Below, in pieces: positions 29,124-39,803 of a DNA stretch of 64,000 bases. The notes beneath the pieces are model-generated. The model did no database searches. It worked only from the letters and a program-made list of their open reading frames with translations, and was not told the DNA's origin. The position numbers were made by a program, and so were the translations under genes. Within the stretch, counting starts at the first letter, position 1. The number at the start of each line of letters is the position of its first letter. The stretch is from Octopus vulgaris. Its lineage: Eukaryota. The DNA is taken from assembly GCA_951406725.2 (NCBI GenBank), contig OX597821.1, forward strand, positions 28,396,001-28,460,000, written 5' to 3'.

Positions 29124-29127
<4 letters not shown>
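28211..29127 (+). mobile_element. Young 5'-truncated R4/Dong-like element (subfamily Y): CCHC and REL endonuclease
   Basis: ORFs 28107-28754 and 28784-29023 join through one frameshift in an A-run near 28740. Motifs WQEKPLHGKY, GLKAETEGFLIAAQDQ, CRICGDGQETINHIISSC, RHD, RPDIV, IDVSVP, EKLSKYKDL, PIIVGALG, TAHILRRTL*. (TAA)n on both sides. Confidence 0.95.
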
Positions 29128-29171
<44 letters not shown>

Positions 29172-29172
29172 C

Positions 29173-29212
<40 letters not shown>

Positions 29213-29914
29213 GTACAACGACGATGACCACGATGGTGATGGTGATGATGATGATGATATAATGACAACAGCGACTATCATAGCAGAAGTAGTAGCCGTG
29301 ATGTTGTATGCCATGGTCGAATCGAAATCGTCGTGTGGCAAATGATACTATCTATGGCAGTGGAAGTGGCAGTCAGACAGTTTGATGTAGTTTTTCTGAT
29401 ATTGTCTATCAGCACACTGCTAAAACTTCCAGCTATTACATACATATACAGAGTAGTACTGAATGACATAGGCGCAGCAGTGACAGAGGCCATGATGACC
29501 CAAATGATGCTGATTCGAAATACGATAACGCCTGAAGCGTCTTTAGTATACATGGCGATGGTTTTTATAATGGCACAAATAATGTAAATGTGCAAATTAT
29601 CGGCAACGAGCAGATTAACAATCCATGTAGCTGTATTAAAAGTTACCTTAGCAATAGCAGTACCATTACAAATATTAACAACTCCATTAACACTTGTATT
29701 AAAACTAATATTGTGAAAGTTCTAATAGGTCTTACGATTATTATCACTTTCCTCGAAAGCCGTTTGACCAACAGATTATTATTTCTACTAATAACACCTA
29801 TTATATTAACGTCTATACGTTTCCTATGCCGTGTAATTGGAGAAATAAACTGTAATGCCCACTTACTCATTTATGCTTCAGTAAATATATTGTCTATGTA
29901 AGTGATGTCCTATC

Positions 29915-30352
29915 TATTCTATCCTCCCCAAGGACATAATCTACTGAGAGGTAGCTGGGGGCACTAGGTCTATGACAAGACCGTTCTTACGATACAAGGA
30001 TGTTTACAAAAGGTACATGAAGGCCTGCGACATCAATATTAGCAACTGGGGAGCAGTTGCAAGCAACTGTGGAGATTGGCGACGTACCGTAAAAGAGCGA
30101 ACACAAAGGAGTGACAGAGGGAAAGAGGAGAAATAGAAAGAAAAAGAAAAGACATCAACAAGAAATTATTACATTACAACCAGCCAGGCAAATTCTTCGC
30201 TACATTGCGGCACCTGCCAGAGGATGTGTTTGTCCATGATAGGAATACACAGCCACAGCAGGAGATGTATTGGGACATGAAATATAAAAGCCGGACTAGA
30301 TTATTTTATGCGCAACTCCATTGTCTCCCGAGACAAAATGGATGCCAACAAT
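29915..30352 (+). mobile_element. RTE-clade LINE 3' fragment (degenerate)
   Basis: PKDIIY*EVAGGTRSMTRPFLRYKDVYKRYMKACDINISNWGAVASNCGDWR. The terminus 'attgtctcccgagacaaaatggatgcc' resembles that of the 12683 copy. Confidence 0.8.
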
Positions 30353-30777
30353 CTATTCTATCTACATTTACCTGCATCGGTGCAACAAGGTGTGAATTTA
30401 TGCGGATATATTATATTCAATTTTATAATTTTAGGAGACGTGATAAACCTAAAGTCTCGTCAATTGCTGTAAAGATTTGGGTATTTCAAGGTAAACATAT
30501 TGAATTCAAAATTACCTGGAACATAATCAAACAGGTTATTATCCCTGGGTATGTACTCTTAATGTCATAATTTGCAACTCCTGTGTCCAAGACATATTTA
30601 ATGTTCAACTGTATGACATTTGAGCTCATGTAGTCGTATATTGGCCATATGATTTTATACTCCTTTATCTTATTTATTTGTATTTACGATTATTCTCCTT
30701 TATTTAAATCACTAAATATGTTTATATCTGTATGCGTTGTGTGTGTGTGTGTGTGTGTGTGTCTGTGTGTGTCTGTG

Positions 30778-30895
30778 TGCATAAATGAACATATATATCT
30801 ATGTTCATGTCTTTGTATGTGTGTGTAAATGAATATATATGTGTATGCATGTCTGTGTGAGCATGTATGTGTATGTATACATATGTACATATATA

Positions 30896-30934
<39 letters not shown>

Positions 30935-30947
30935 GTATATGAGTAAA

Positions 30948-30999
<52 letters not shown>

Positions 31000-31330
31000 T
31001 ATATACATGTGTATCCTCTGTGTATATAAATGCGTGTATATATATATGTATATGTGAGCGTGCGTGTGTGTTTGTGCGTGTGCATAAATGAACATATATA
31101 TATGTGTGTTCATGTCCGTGTACGTGTGTATAAATGAATATATATTTGTATGTATGTCTGTGTGAGAACGTATGTGTATGTATGAATACATATGTACATA
31201 TATGTGCATATATATATACGTATATGCGTAAAAATTTATATATATATATATGCATATATGCATGTGTATCCTCTGTGTATATATACGCGTGTATATATAT
31301 GTATATGTTGTGAGCGTGCGTGTGTGATTG
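30778..31330. repeat. About 300-bp tandem duplication of a compound microsatellite
   Basis: 'tgcataaatgaacatata...gttcatgtc...aaatgaatata...gtctgtgtgag...catgtgtatcctctgtgtata...gtgagcgtgcgtgtgtg' occurs at 30778 and again at 31081. Confidence 0.85.
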
Positions 31331-32141
31331 TTTGTGTGTGTATGTGTGTGTAAGTGTGCGTGTTCGTATGCATACTTTTGGAGAGGAAGGGTGAAGATTG
31401 ATGATTATTTGATGCTTGATATCGTCGTCGGTGAACTGTTTGACAAGTCCCATTCAACCTAGAAGATACCTATGACTTTCTAATTATAATTCACGACACC
31501 GCTGTGTCTATTGATTCCTAGATTATTCGGCATAATTGTAAACTAATTTAGCTAAGGTAAATTAGATTCCGTACTTATAAGCTCTTCTGCTTTCTAATTT
31601 GCATGGTTAAACCACAACTATTTTTCCTGTATATATTTGAATGTAAAACTTAATTGATTCACTAGTCCGGGGGGATGGTTAAAATCGTTCCCGTTTAAAA
31701 CTTTACTAGATGAAGATGGACTATATATCTTGAAAGAGTTTTTAAACACTGCATTAAATAATAGCATTCTATCGAAACAGTTGTAGGAAATTGCAAACAC
31801 CATTTATGTTTACTTTCTAAACCTGCGTCATACCAAGGACTCACCCCTGAGTCGGATCTATATTTCGAATTCGATTTGGTGCTTGCATATCTACGGTATC
31901 TTACAGACTCTATACCTTCTATGTAGTTAATTTCACTATGAGCGCTATGTTATTGAACCTAACATTGTCTAACCTTCTACGACTTATACACACACGCATA
32001 CACTCATACACACATATATTAGACGACGCGTTGCAAGCATTTAATGATTAATTAAGTATAGCGGTATGCAGGTATTTTATAAGCATCCTTATTCCTGCTT
32101 GTCGTTATCTGCGATTACTATTATGTGTGTGTATATATACA

Positions 32142-32199
<58 letters not shown>

Positions 32200-32256
32200 T
32201 ATACACATATATAAACACATATATATATAATGTATGTATGTATGTATGTATCTATC

Positions 32257-32294
<38 letters not shown>

Positions 32295-32851
32295 TACACA
32301 CATATCTACGTACATACATATGTATTAAAGTTTCTGGCTATAAATATAGTTTATTATATAAAGATAGAGATTAACTATTTATTACTTCTTTATGTATTTC
32401 TAATCTTGACACTACTTAGATTTTACTTTCCTTTATATACTTATAGCATCTTTGTATTTGCAGGCTTTTGCCCATAAGTATTAGTAGACCGAGATAATAA
32501 ATATTTATAGTTAAATATGTTTTTCACGAAGATAACTTGTACACACAAACACACACGCACTCACACAATAAGACACGCACGCACATACATATATATACAT
32601 ATACATATGTTTCTGTGAGTGTTCGTGTGTTCGCGTGTTTGCCTGTGTGTGTCTCTGTGTGCAAGAGTATGGTACTATGCTACAGTATATATCTAGAAGA
32701 ATGTGTATTACTGTTATTTCTAGAGATATGTTTCTGAATAGTAATTTATAGTTACATCATTGTGGTTATACATTTGCGCCCATAAGCTTATCCATGTATA
32801 TGCATTTACGTACGCATATATAAATGTGTATAGATGTATATATGCAGACAG

Positions 32852-32908
<57 letters not shown>

Positions 32909-32930
32909 GATATATATATATATATATATA

Positions 32931-33105
32931 CTTTATTTAAAAGCACCAGCAATTCAACAAAACCTGTTACGAACTGGAACGTGAAACAATCTCCGAGCAA
33001 CAGGTTTTGTTGTATTTCTGCTGCTTTTAAATAAAGAATATCACTCCACCCCTGGTATTTGAAGTACTCTTCTTCCACCTTGTTTCAAATTTATGTGTTT
33101 ACTCC

Positions 33106-33107
<2 letters not shown>
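32931..33107 (+). mobile_element. Short element end with 38-bp inverted repeat, flanked by (TA)n; probable Penelope pseudo-LTR
   Basis: 32931-32968 is the imperfect reverse complement of 32999-33036. The loop contains 'acgaactggaacgtgaaac', a remnant of hammerhead stem II and GAAA. Confidence 0.55.
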
Positions 33108-33159
<52 letters not shown>

Positions 33160-33162
<3 letters not shown>

Positions 33163-33370
33163 GGACAGACGAAGGTAGGTGGAGTACAAACAAACAAATG
33201 TAGTTAATCCAATCATGAAAGCACAAAAACACACAACAACGTGAGGACGTGGAACAAATATAGTATTATTGGACGCTCAGGAAAGAAGGAAAGAAGGAGG
33301 GTTTAACGTTTCGAGTGGAGCCCTTCATCGGAAACATAGGAGAAGAAAGATCCAGAAAAGGGAAGACAGA
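33160..33370 (-). mobile_element. Penelope-like pseudo-LTR fragment (family P2) with hammerhead-like motif
   Basis: Homologous to 55104-55318 and 58702-58872. Motif at 33301-33335. Abuts (TA)n. Confidence 0.7.
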
Positions 33371-33880
33371 TGTACAGTTTACAGATGAGATCTCCCTATA
33401 GAAAGCATTTAGTAGTGCTCAGAATATTCTAATTTTGATTCCGATGCAATCTTTGATCTTTGAACTTCTCGACATTAAGATCTGAAGTATAAGTTCTTCT
33501 CTACCCTGATGACTGAGGCTCGTGTTATCGAATGTTATCTGCATCCAAAAGGCATAATATTTTGGTGATCTCAATCTTCCGAGATTATTATGTATCGCCG
33601 GGTCTCCAGAAACTGTTTTGGGGGCTTGTATAACACCTTTCTTCTAGCCTTTAAATTGTCTCTGTCGTTGCTACTCTGTGTAGGTTGGACCCATTAATAT
33701 AATTATCGGAATATTTATACTTAAAAATTCATCATCTGAAAGTCCCTACCTTTTGCTTTCACTTGTTTTGCACGTATACATTTACACATAATTTGAATTT
33801 AATATATTTAATATATCTAATATATTTTACGTATCTTATTTGTTTATCCTCTCTTTCTCACTCTTTCTCTCTCTCTCTCG

Positions 33881-33963
<83 letters not shown>

Positions 33964-34071
33964 TAAACCGAATACTACGTTATTAGCTTCTTGTATGCCA
34001 GATATATATATATGTATGTATGTATGTATGTATCTCGGAAATACCCAACAGGAATAATGAAATTTCATTAT

Positions 34072-34560
34072 TACGAGGGAATCAATACGAAAAGCTAATC
34101 TTTGCATCCAAATAAATATAGATTCCTTGTAATATTTGTAATCCGGGTTGAGGAAGCACTAGAAAACAAATATGATATATGATGTTTGTAAAGACTTGTT
34201 TTTAGTGAAAAGGTTCCCTCATAAATGCAACTCTAGTTTCTATACTTACAGAGATTCGGAACTTTAAAAAAAATGTTATGTGACGTAATGAAGTGAGTTA
34301 TCTGGTCGTAGCTGTATGCATGTATGATTGTACGTTTGAGCATTCTCGCTTTTTTCGGGATGAAGTGCGTTTATTTGTCATACTTAGAAACCTGTTAAAA
34401 CCGAGAAAGGAAATATCAGAGTCGGTATGCGACTCGGAACTGTGGAATACTGGACGATTTAAGATTATTAATGTAGGCATCAGCAGTATTTGGAATGCTA
34501 AAATTTGAAGAATAGAATTAACGAAATAACTTCGACTGAAGTTGAAGTATATTTATCTTT
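34072..34560 (+). mobile_element. Possible ancient mariner-like relic
   Basis: Starts TACGAGGG, a mariner-type terminus. Sequence near 34340-34500 weakly resembles the transposase C-terminus. Confidence 0.25.
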
Positions 34561-35385
34561 GTTGGTGGTGTCATTTAATAGGTAGATATATATTCTAAGG
34601 CTAGATTTGATATTTCAAAGCTCTCATGATGTCGATAATAATTGCAAGCGAGTGTGCTGTATGGTAGTAGTTAAATACATATGTATGAATGCATGCTTGG
34701 ACATGCTTAAAGCGAGTTAAAATAATTGTTAGTGATGATTTTTATTCCCGACAAACGATTTTTGGTGATAATAGTCAGTGTATCCACAGAATAAATTCCT
34801 TTCTTGGAGAAACAAATTACTAGCAGCTTGCTTTAGAAACTAAAACTAAATCGTCGGTTTCAACGCTCACGTCGAAGGACCAATAGGCTTTTGGTAAAAA
34901 GAGGGAAAATGTAAGTGGTACAGAGACATTGTAAAATTGAGAGAGGTAATTTTAAGTGGTGCTGAGATTTAAGGCGTGTTATTGCGATGGGTATGTCTTT
35001 GATACATGCTAATACACCACGGAATTTATAAGTTAAAGTACTACGCAACTTTAAGAATATTGACTGTGTTGTATTGAAACATGAACAATATACCATCACA
35101 AATAAGCATGTTATTTGCACATGTGTTCTTGTATAATTATATAGTTTTAATATACGTAAACGCATAGCTATACACAGCATGTGATTGCCCGAATGGAAGG
35201 GCAGAGATACTGTTGTTTTAAACTGGTCGAGTAGTACAGAACAATCAGACAACTGGTATTTGAACCTTCATTAAATGTCGGTGATTGCTACTTATTTGTC
35301 TCAAATTAACTCCTTGCGAAGCAGACCTGTTATATTTCCCACCATACAAAAGGAGTGGCCTATATGCCAGAAAATCCATCACCGT

Positions 35386-35475
35386 CATTATTATTATTAT
35401 TGTTGTTGTTGTTGTTGTTATCATTATTTTTATGATTATTATTATTATTATTATTATTATGATTATTATTATCAT

Positions 35476-35525
<50 letters not shown>

Positions 35526-35530
35526 CTATT
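35386..35530. repeat. Compound (TTA)/(TTG)/(TAG)n trinucleotide repeat
   Basis: Successive att, gtt, att and agt tracts. Confidence 0.9.
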
Positions 35531-35779
35531 ACAATTATTATGGCTTTCATACTTATTCTCCCTCAAATATATAGAAAGTAGAGGTTTGTACTTATGTTTA
35601 TTAACATTTATGTATGTGCGCGCATGTGAGTGTGTGAGTGTATGTGTATTCATATTCATGCACATAAAGCATGTGAATGCAAAAGAGCGACCGCGCGCGT
35701 GCATGAGAGAGAGAAAGAGAGACAGTAAGATAGAGAGAGGCACACCTACATACACACATTTTCTCTCTCTCTCTCTATT

Positions 35780-35813
<34 letters not shown>

Positions 35814-36081
35814 AATCTTTCTCCCTCTTACACACAAACAAAAGCATTGCGTATCAGCGTACAAAATTATTGATTTTTGTAATTGTGGAACTAAATTTGT
35901 CAATTATTTGGTCTGTCACCTCATTGAAATTTTGCCTGAGATATCATCTTACTGACCAAGTTATCGCAGAAGAAATAAGTTGTTTCAAACAGCAGGAAGA
36001 AATCTATTTTGATTTTTTTTGATGCCCTAAAACTGCTTGGATTCATAGTATGCTAACGGGCTGGTGGTATAAGTTAACATT

Positions 36082-36682
36082 AAGGAGGCGAGCTGGCAGA
36101 AATGCTAGCACGCCGAGCGAAATGCTCAGCGGTATTTCGTCTGCCGCTACGTTCTGAGGTCAAACTCCGCCGAGGTCGACTTTGCCTTTCATCCTTTCGG
36201 GGTCGATTAAATAAGTACCATTTACGCACTGGGGTCGATGTAATCAACTTAATCCGTTTGTCTGTCCTTGTTTGTCCCCTCCACGTTTAGCTCCTTGTGG
36301 GTAGTAAAGAAATAGGTATTTCGTCTGCAGCTACGTTCTGAGTTCAAATTTCGCCGAGGTCGACTTTGCCTTTCATCCTTTCGGGGTCGATTAAATAAGT
36401 ACCATTTACGCACTAGGGTCGATGTAATCGACTTAATCCGTTCGTCTGTCCTTGTTTGTCCACTCCATGTTTAGCCCCTTGTTGGTAGTAAAGAAATAGG
36501 TATTTCGTCTGCCGCTACGTTCTGAGTTCAAATTTCGCCGAGGTCGACTTTGCCTTTCATCCTTTCGGGGTCGATAAATTAAGTACCATTTACGTACTGG
36601 GGTCGATGTAATCGACTTAATCCGTTTGTCTGTCCTTGTTTGTCCTATCTGTGTTTAGCCCCTTGTGGGCAATAAAGAAATA
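36082..36682 (+). mobile_element. SINE family B with three tandem 184-bp body units and a 16-bp TSD
   Basis: One head, with units starting 'ggtatttcgtctg' at 36131, 36315 and 36499. TSD ggtataagttaacatt (36066-36081) and ggtataaattaacatt (36683-36698). Confidence 0.93.
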
Positions 36683-37614
36683 GGTATAAATTAACATTTC
36701 TATTTTGTCTATTTGTCTGCTCGGTGGACATAACCATGAACCGCTGAAGTATTATTTAGTGTTCATAAGTTACATATTTTTGTATCTAATACGAAGTGGT
36801 GTTCGTGCCTTGAAATGTACAATAACATTGATTTAAATTCACTGTTGTGGAGAAACAAATTGGAGAAAAAAGCTACATAAGTTTAAAAATCGAAAAACCG
36901 GTAAACTTTTAGCCAATAGCGAGACAGAAATTTTCTGCGTTTAGCGGTGTGGTTTCAATTTAAGGTTGTACACTATTAAATTTAGAGTTTAGCGTCTGAC
37001 CTGTTCATTGTAGGTTTCTAAATAAACAGAAATACCTAATAAAATCAACATGTATCATCTTACTGTTTCTTTTGTCTCTTCATTGATAGTATGGTTTTAT
37101 TATTTTTTAAATTTGTTATATTAATATATTTGTCTGCGTGTCTTTACTTTATTGCGTATTTCAGTATTATGTATACTTGTCACGTATTTGTGTACATCAT
37201 TAATAACTGCATTTGGATGTAGGCATTCATATATAAGTTTATATGTACATCAATGCATTCATGTGTGTGTGTGCGCACGAAGGGGGGCATCTGTCTCCAA
37301 AACTCCAAAATTTAGTTACGTTTCCATGCTTGGATAATGATAACACTGGTCGACAAAGAATTTGTCCCAAGGAAAATAATACCAGTATCTTATACGTTTT
37401 TGCATGCAGTATTCTAAAATAATGTCAGATTATCTTTATCACTCACAGTTTCGCTGTTCCACGATATCCCTCTCAGTTCCTGCTACATGAGCTAAGTATC
37501 AGTTAAGAAATACTCTTAATATAAATTCTTATGAACAGAATTAACCTAGTGAAATGATAAATCCAGCTATCTGAGTCAATGAGTCCCAAAAATATATGGA
37601 ATAAAAAATATGTA

Positions 37615-37730
37615 AAAATACTAACAAACAGAAAAAGTAGAGTAAAATGCTAACTCAGAAAAAAGCACAGAAAAATACTAACAAAGAAAAAAGTAGAGAA
37701 AGATACTAACACACAGAAGCACAGAAAATA
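37615..37730. repeat. About 28-bp minisatellite, four copies with 57-bp dimeric structure
   Basis: 'ctaac' recurs at 37621, 37650, 37678 and 37706. Units alternate 'aagtagag' and 'aagcacag'. Confidence 0.7.
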
Positions 37731-38269
37731 TATAATATAAGAGACACACAGAAAAGTTAAAACAAAACATGCGGTTGAAAAGAATCACGTGGTGAGAAAA
37801 ATCAAGATAGACAACAGCGGCACAAACAATTGTGAACCACAGTACAGCGTGTGGTTGTCATGGTAAGAAGCTGCTAATGCCACGCTGTCTGTTGATTGGC
37901 TAAAATTACCCAAATTTCTCATTTACGAAATACGGTAATTAGTTGATCGTAATCAAAATTCAGAGTTGCATCGATACGCCAAAACTGAAAGCAATCTGAG
38001 CAAAATTAAGTGGCTCATTTTGCGAATGAGAGAGACTAGATCCCAAAGGTGATTGTGTGGATTCTAATTATCCGCTCGATTAAAAAAATATATACACGTA
38101 CATGGGTCTATGCCTATATAATTATATGTGTCTGTATGTGTGCGTGTGTGTGTGTATATGTCTGTGTGAGTGTGTGTGTGTGTTTGTTTCCCTATGAGTA
38201 TGTATATACACATAAGCACACACACATACACACACATAGACACACACACACGCAGACACACATGCACAG

Positions 38270-38325
<56 letters not shown>

Positions 38326-38759
38326 GTTGTGTATAGGTACAAGTGTTCTTAAGTTTTTGTCGACGCCATCCGAATCTGTTTTTGTTTACCATCATCGTGA
38401 TTTGTCGTTTTATATACGTCATAGAGCTACACGATTAATAAAGATCGATAAAGTAAGTACGAGAGTCGAACCTGTCAAAACTTATAGAATAAATATAAAT
38501 GTAAATATATCTTCCTAATAGGAAATCGAAGTCTACACATTGAAAGTAGTTCGAAATTGGGAACACGGTAAACCAATAAGCAATATTTACGTGACTAAAT
38601 TTCTGTCTCGAGTTTGTTGTTTTTTAATCTAGGATCTGTCTTCTGCTTTGATAAGTATGATATATAATATCACATACATACTCAGACACACACACACCCA
38701 CGCGACACACACACACACAATACACACACATCACGCACTCATACAAGTATATATATATG

Positions 38760-38810
<51 letters not shown>

Positions 38811-39188
38811 GTATATATATATATATGAATGTGTGTGTATATATACACACATATATACATATATATACATTTATAATTATAAATACATATATATGTATAA
38901 GTAATTATAAAATACACACGCCTACATATCTATATACATACATAGGTACACAGACACAAATATATATACATGTATGTATGTATGTATGTATGTATATATG
39001 TATGTATGTATGTATATATATAAGTACAAGTATACGAGCTCTACTGGTGCTCGCAGCAGCAAATTACACCCTAGTGATATATATAGATATATACATACAT
39101 ACATATATATATGTATATATATATATACATATATATATGTATATATCTATATATATATACATACATACATACATATATATTTTATATA

Positions 39189-39258
<70 letters not shown>

Positions 39259-39766
39259 GCGAGCTACAGCAGAGCTCGAATACTTTTACACGATGAATAC
39301 TCACAACCTGCTAATATGTCCGTGCCACCATTTGCTGTGGGTTATATATGTTCTGGATAAACAGATGATTATTTAGATATTTGTATGTGTACACATGACT
39401 TGTAAATTCATAAAACAGACTATAATCTGCCTCCATACATATTCACACATACAACACTCATCTCTATACTCTCTCTCTCAATTTTGCTAGTTCTTTCTAC
39501 GTCAGTCATATTGTATAAATTTTTCACACACACACACACATGCAAACACACATACGCACGAACATACATGCACATATATTTGTATTGGTCTACGTACATA
39601 TGTGTGTAGTTGTGTACGTTATACAGACATACATAAACGTTCAGTTGTGTGTCTGTATGTCCATATATATATTGCATGTTTGTGAATATATTTACGGCTA
39701 TATATATAATCTCGCATGTATACCTACACACACATATATATATATATATATAAATATCCATATATG

Positions 39767-39803
<37 letters not shown>

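Noticed and set aside
29278-29901. Overlapping hydrophobic ORFs on both strands
   Set aside because: Composition suggests decayed trinucleotide repeats; no recognisable domain or convincing splice signals.
36131-36682. Regularly spaced repeats resembling a CRISPR array
   Set aside because: Units are contiguous 184-bp SINE bodies without unique spacers, the context is eukaryotic, and there are no cas genes.
36890-37925. Short inverted 'ttttagccaat' segments about 1 kb apart as MITE ends
   Set aside because: The match is too short and degenerate, and I could not define termini or a TSD.
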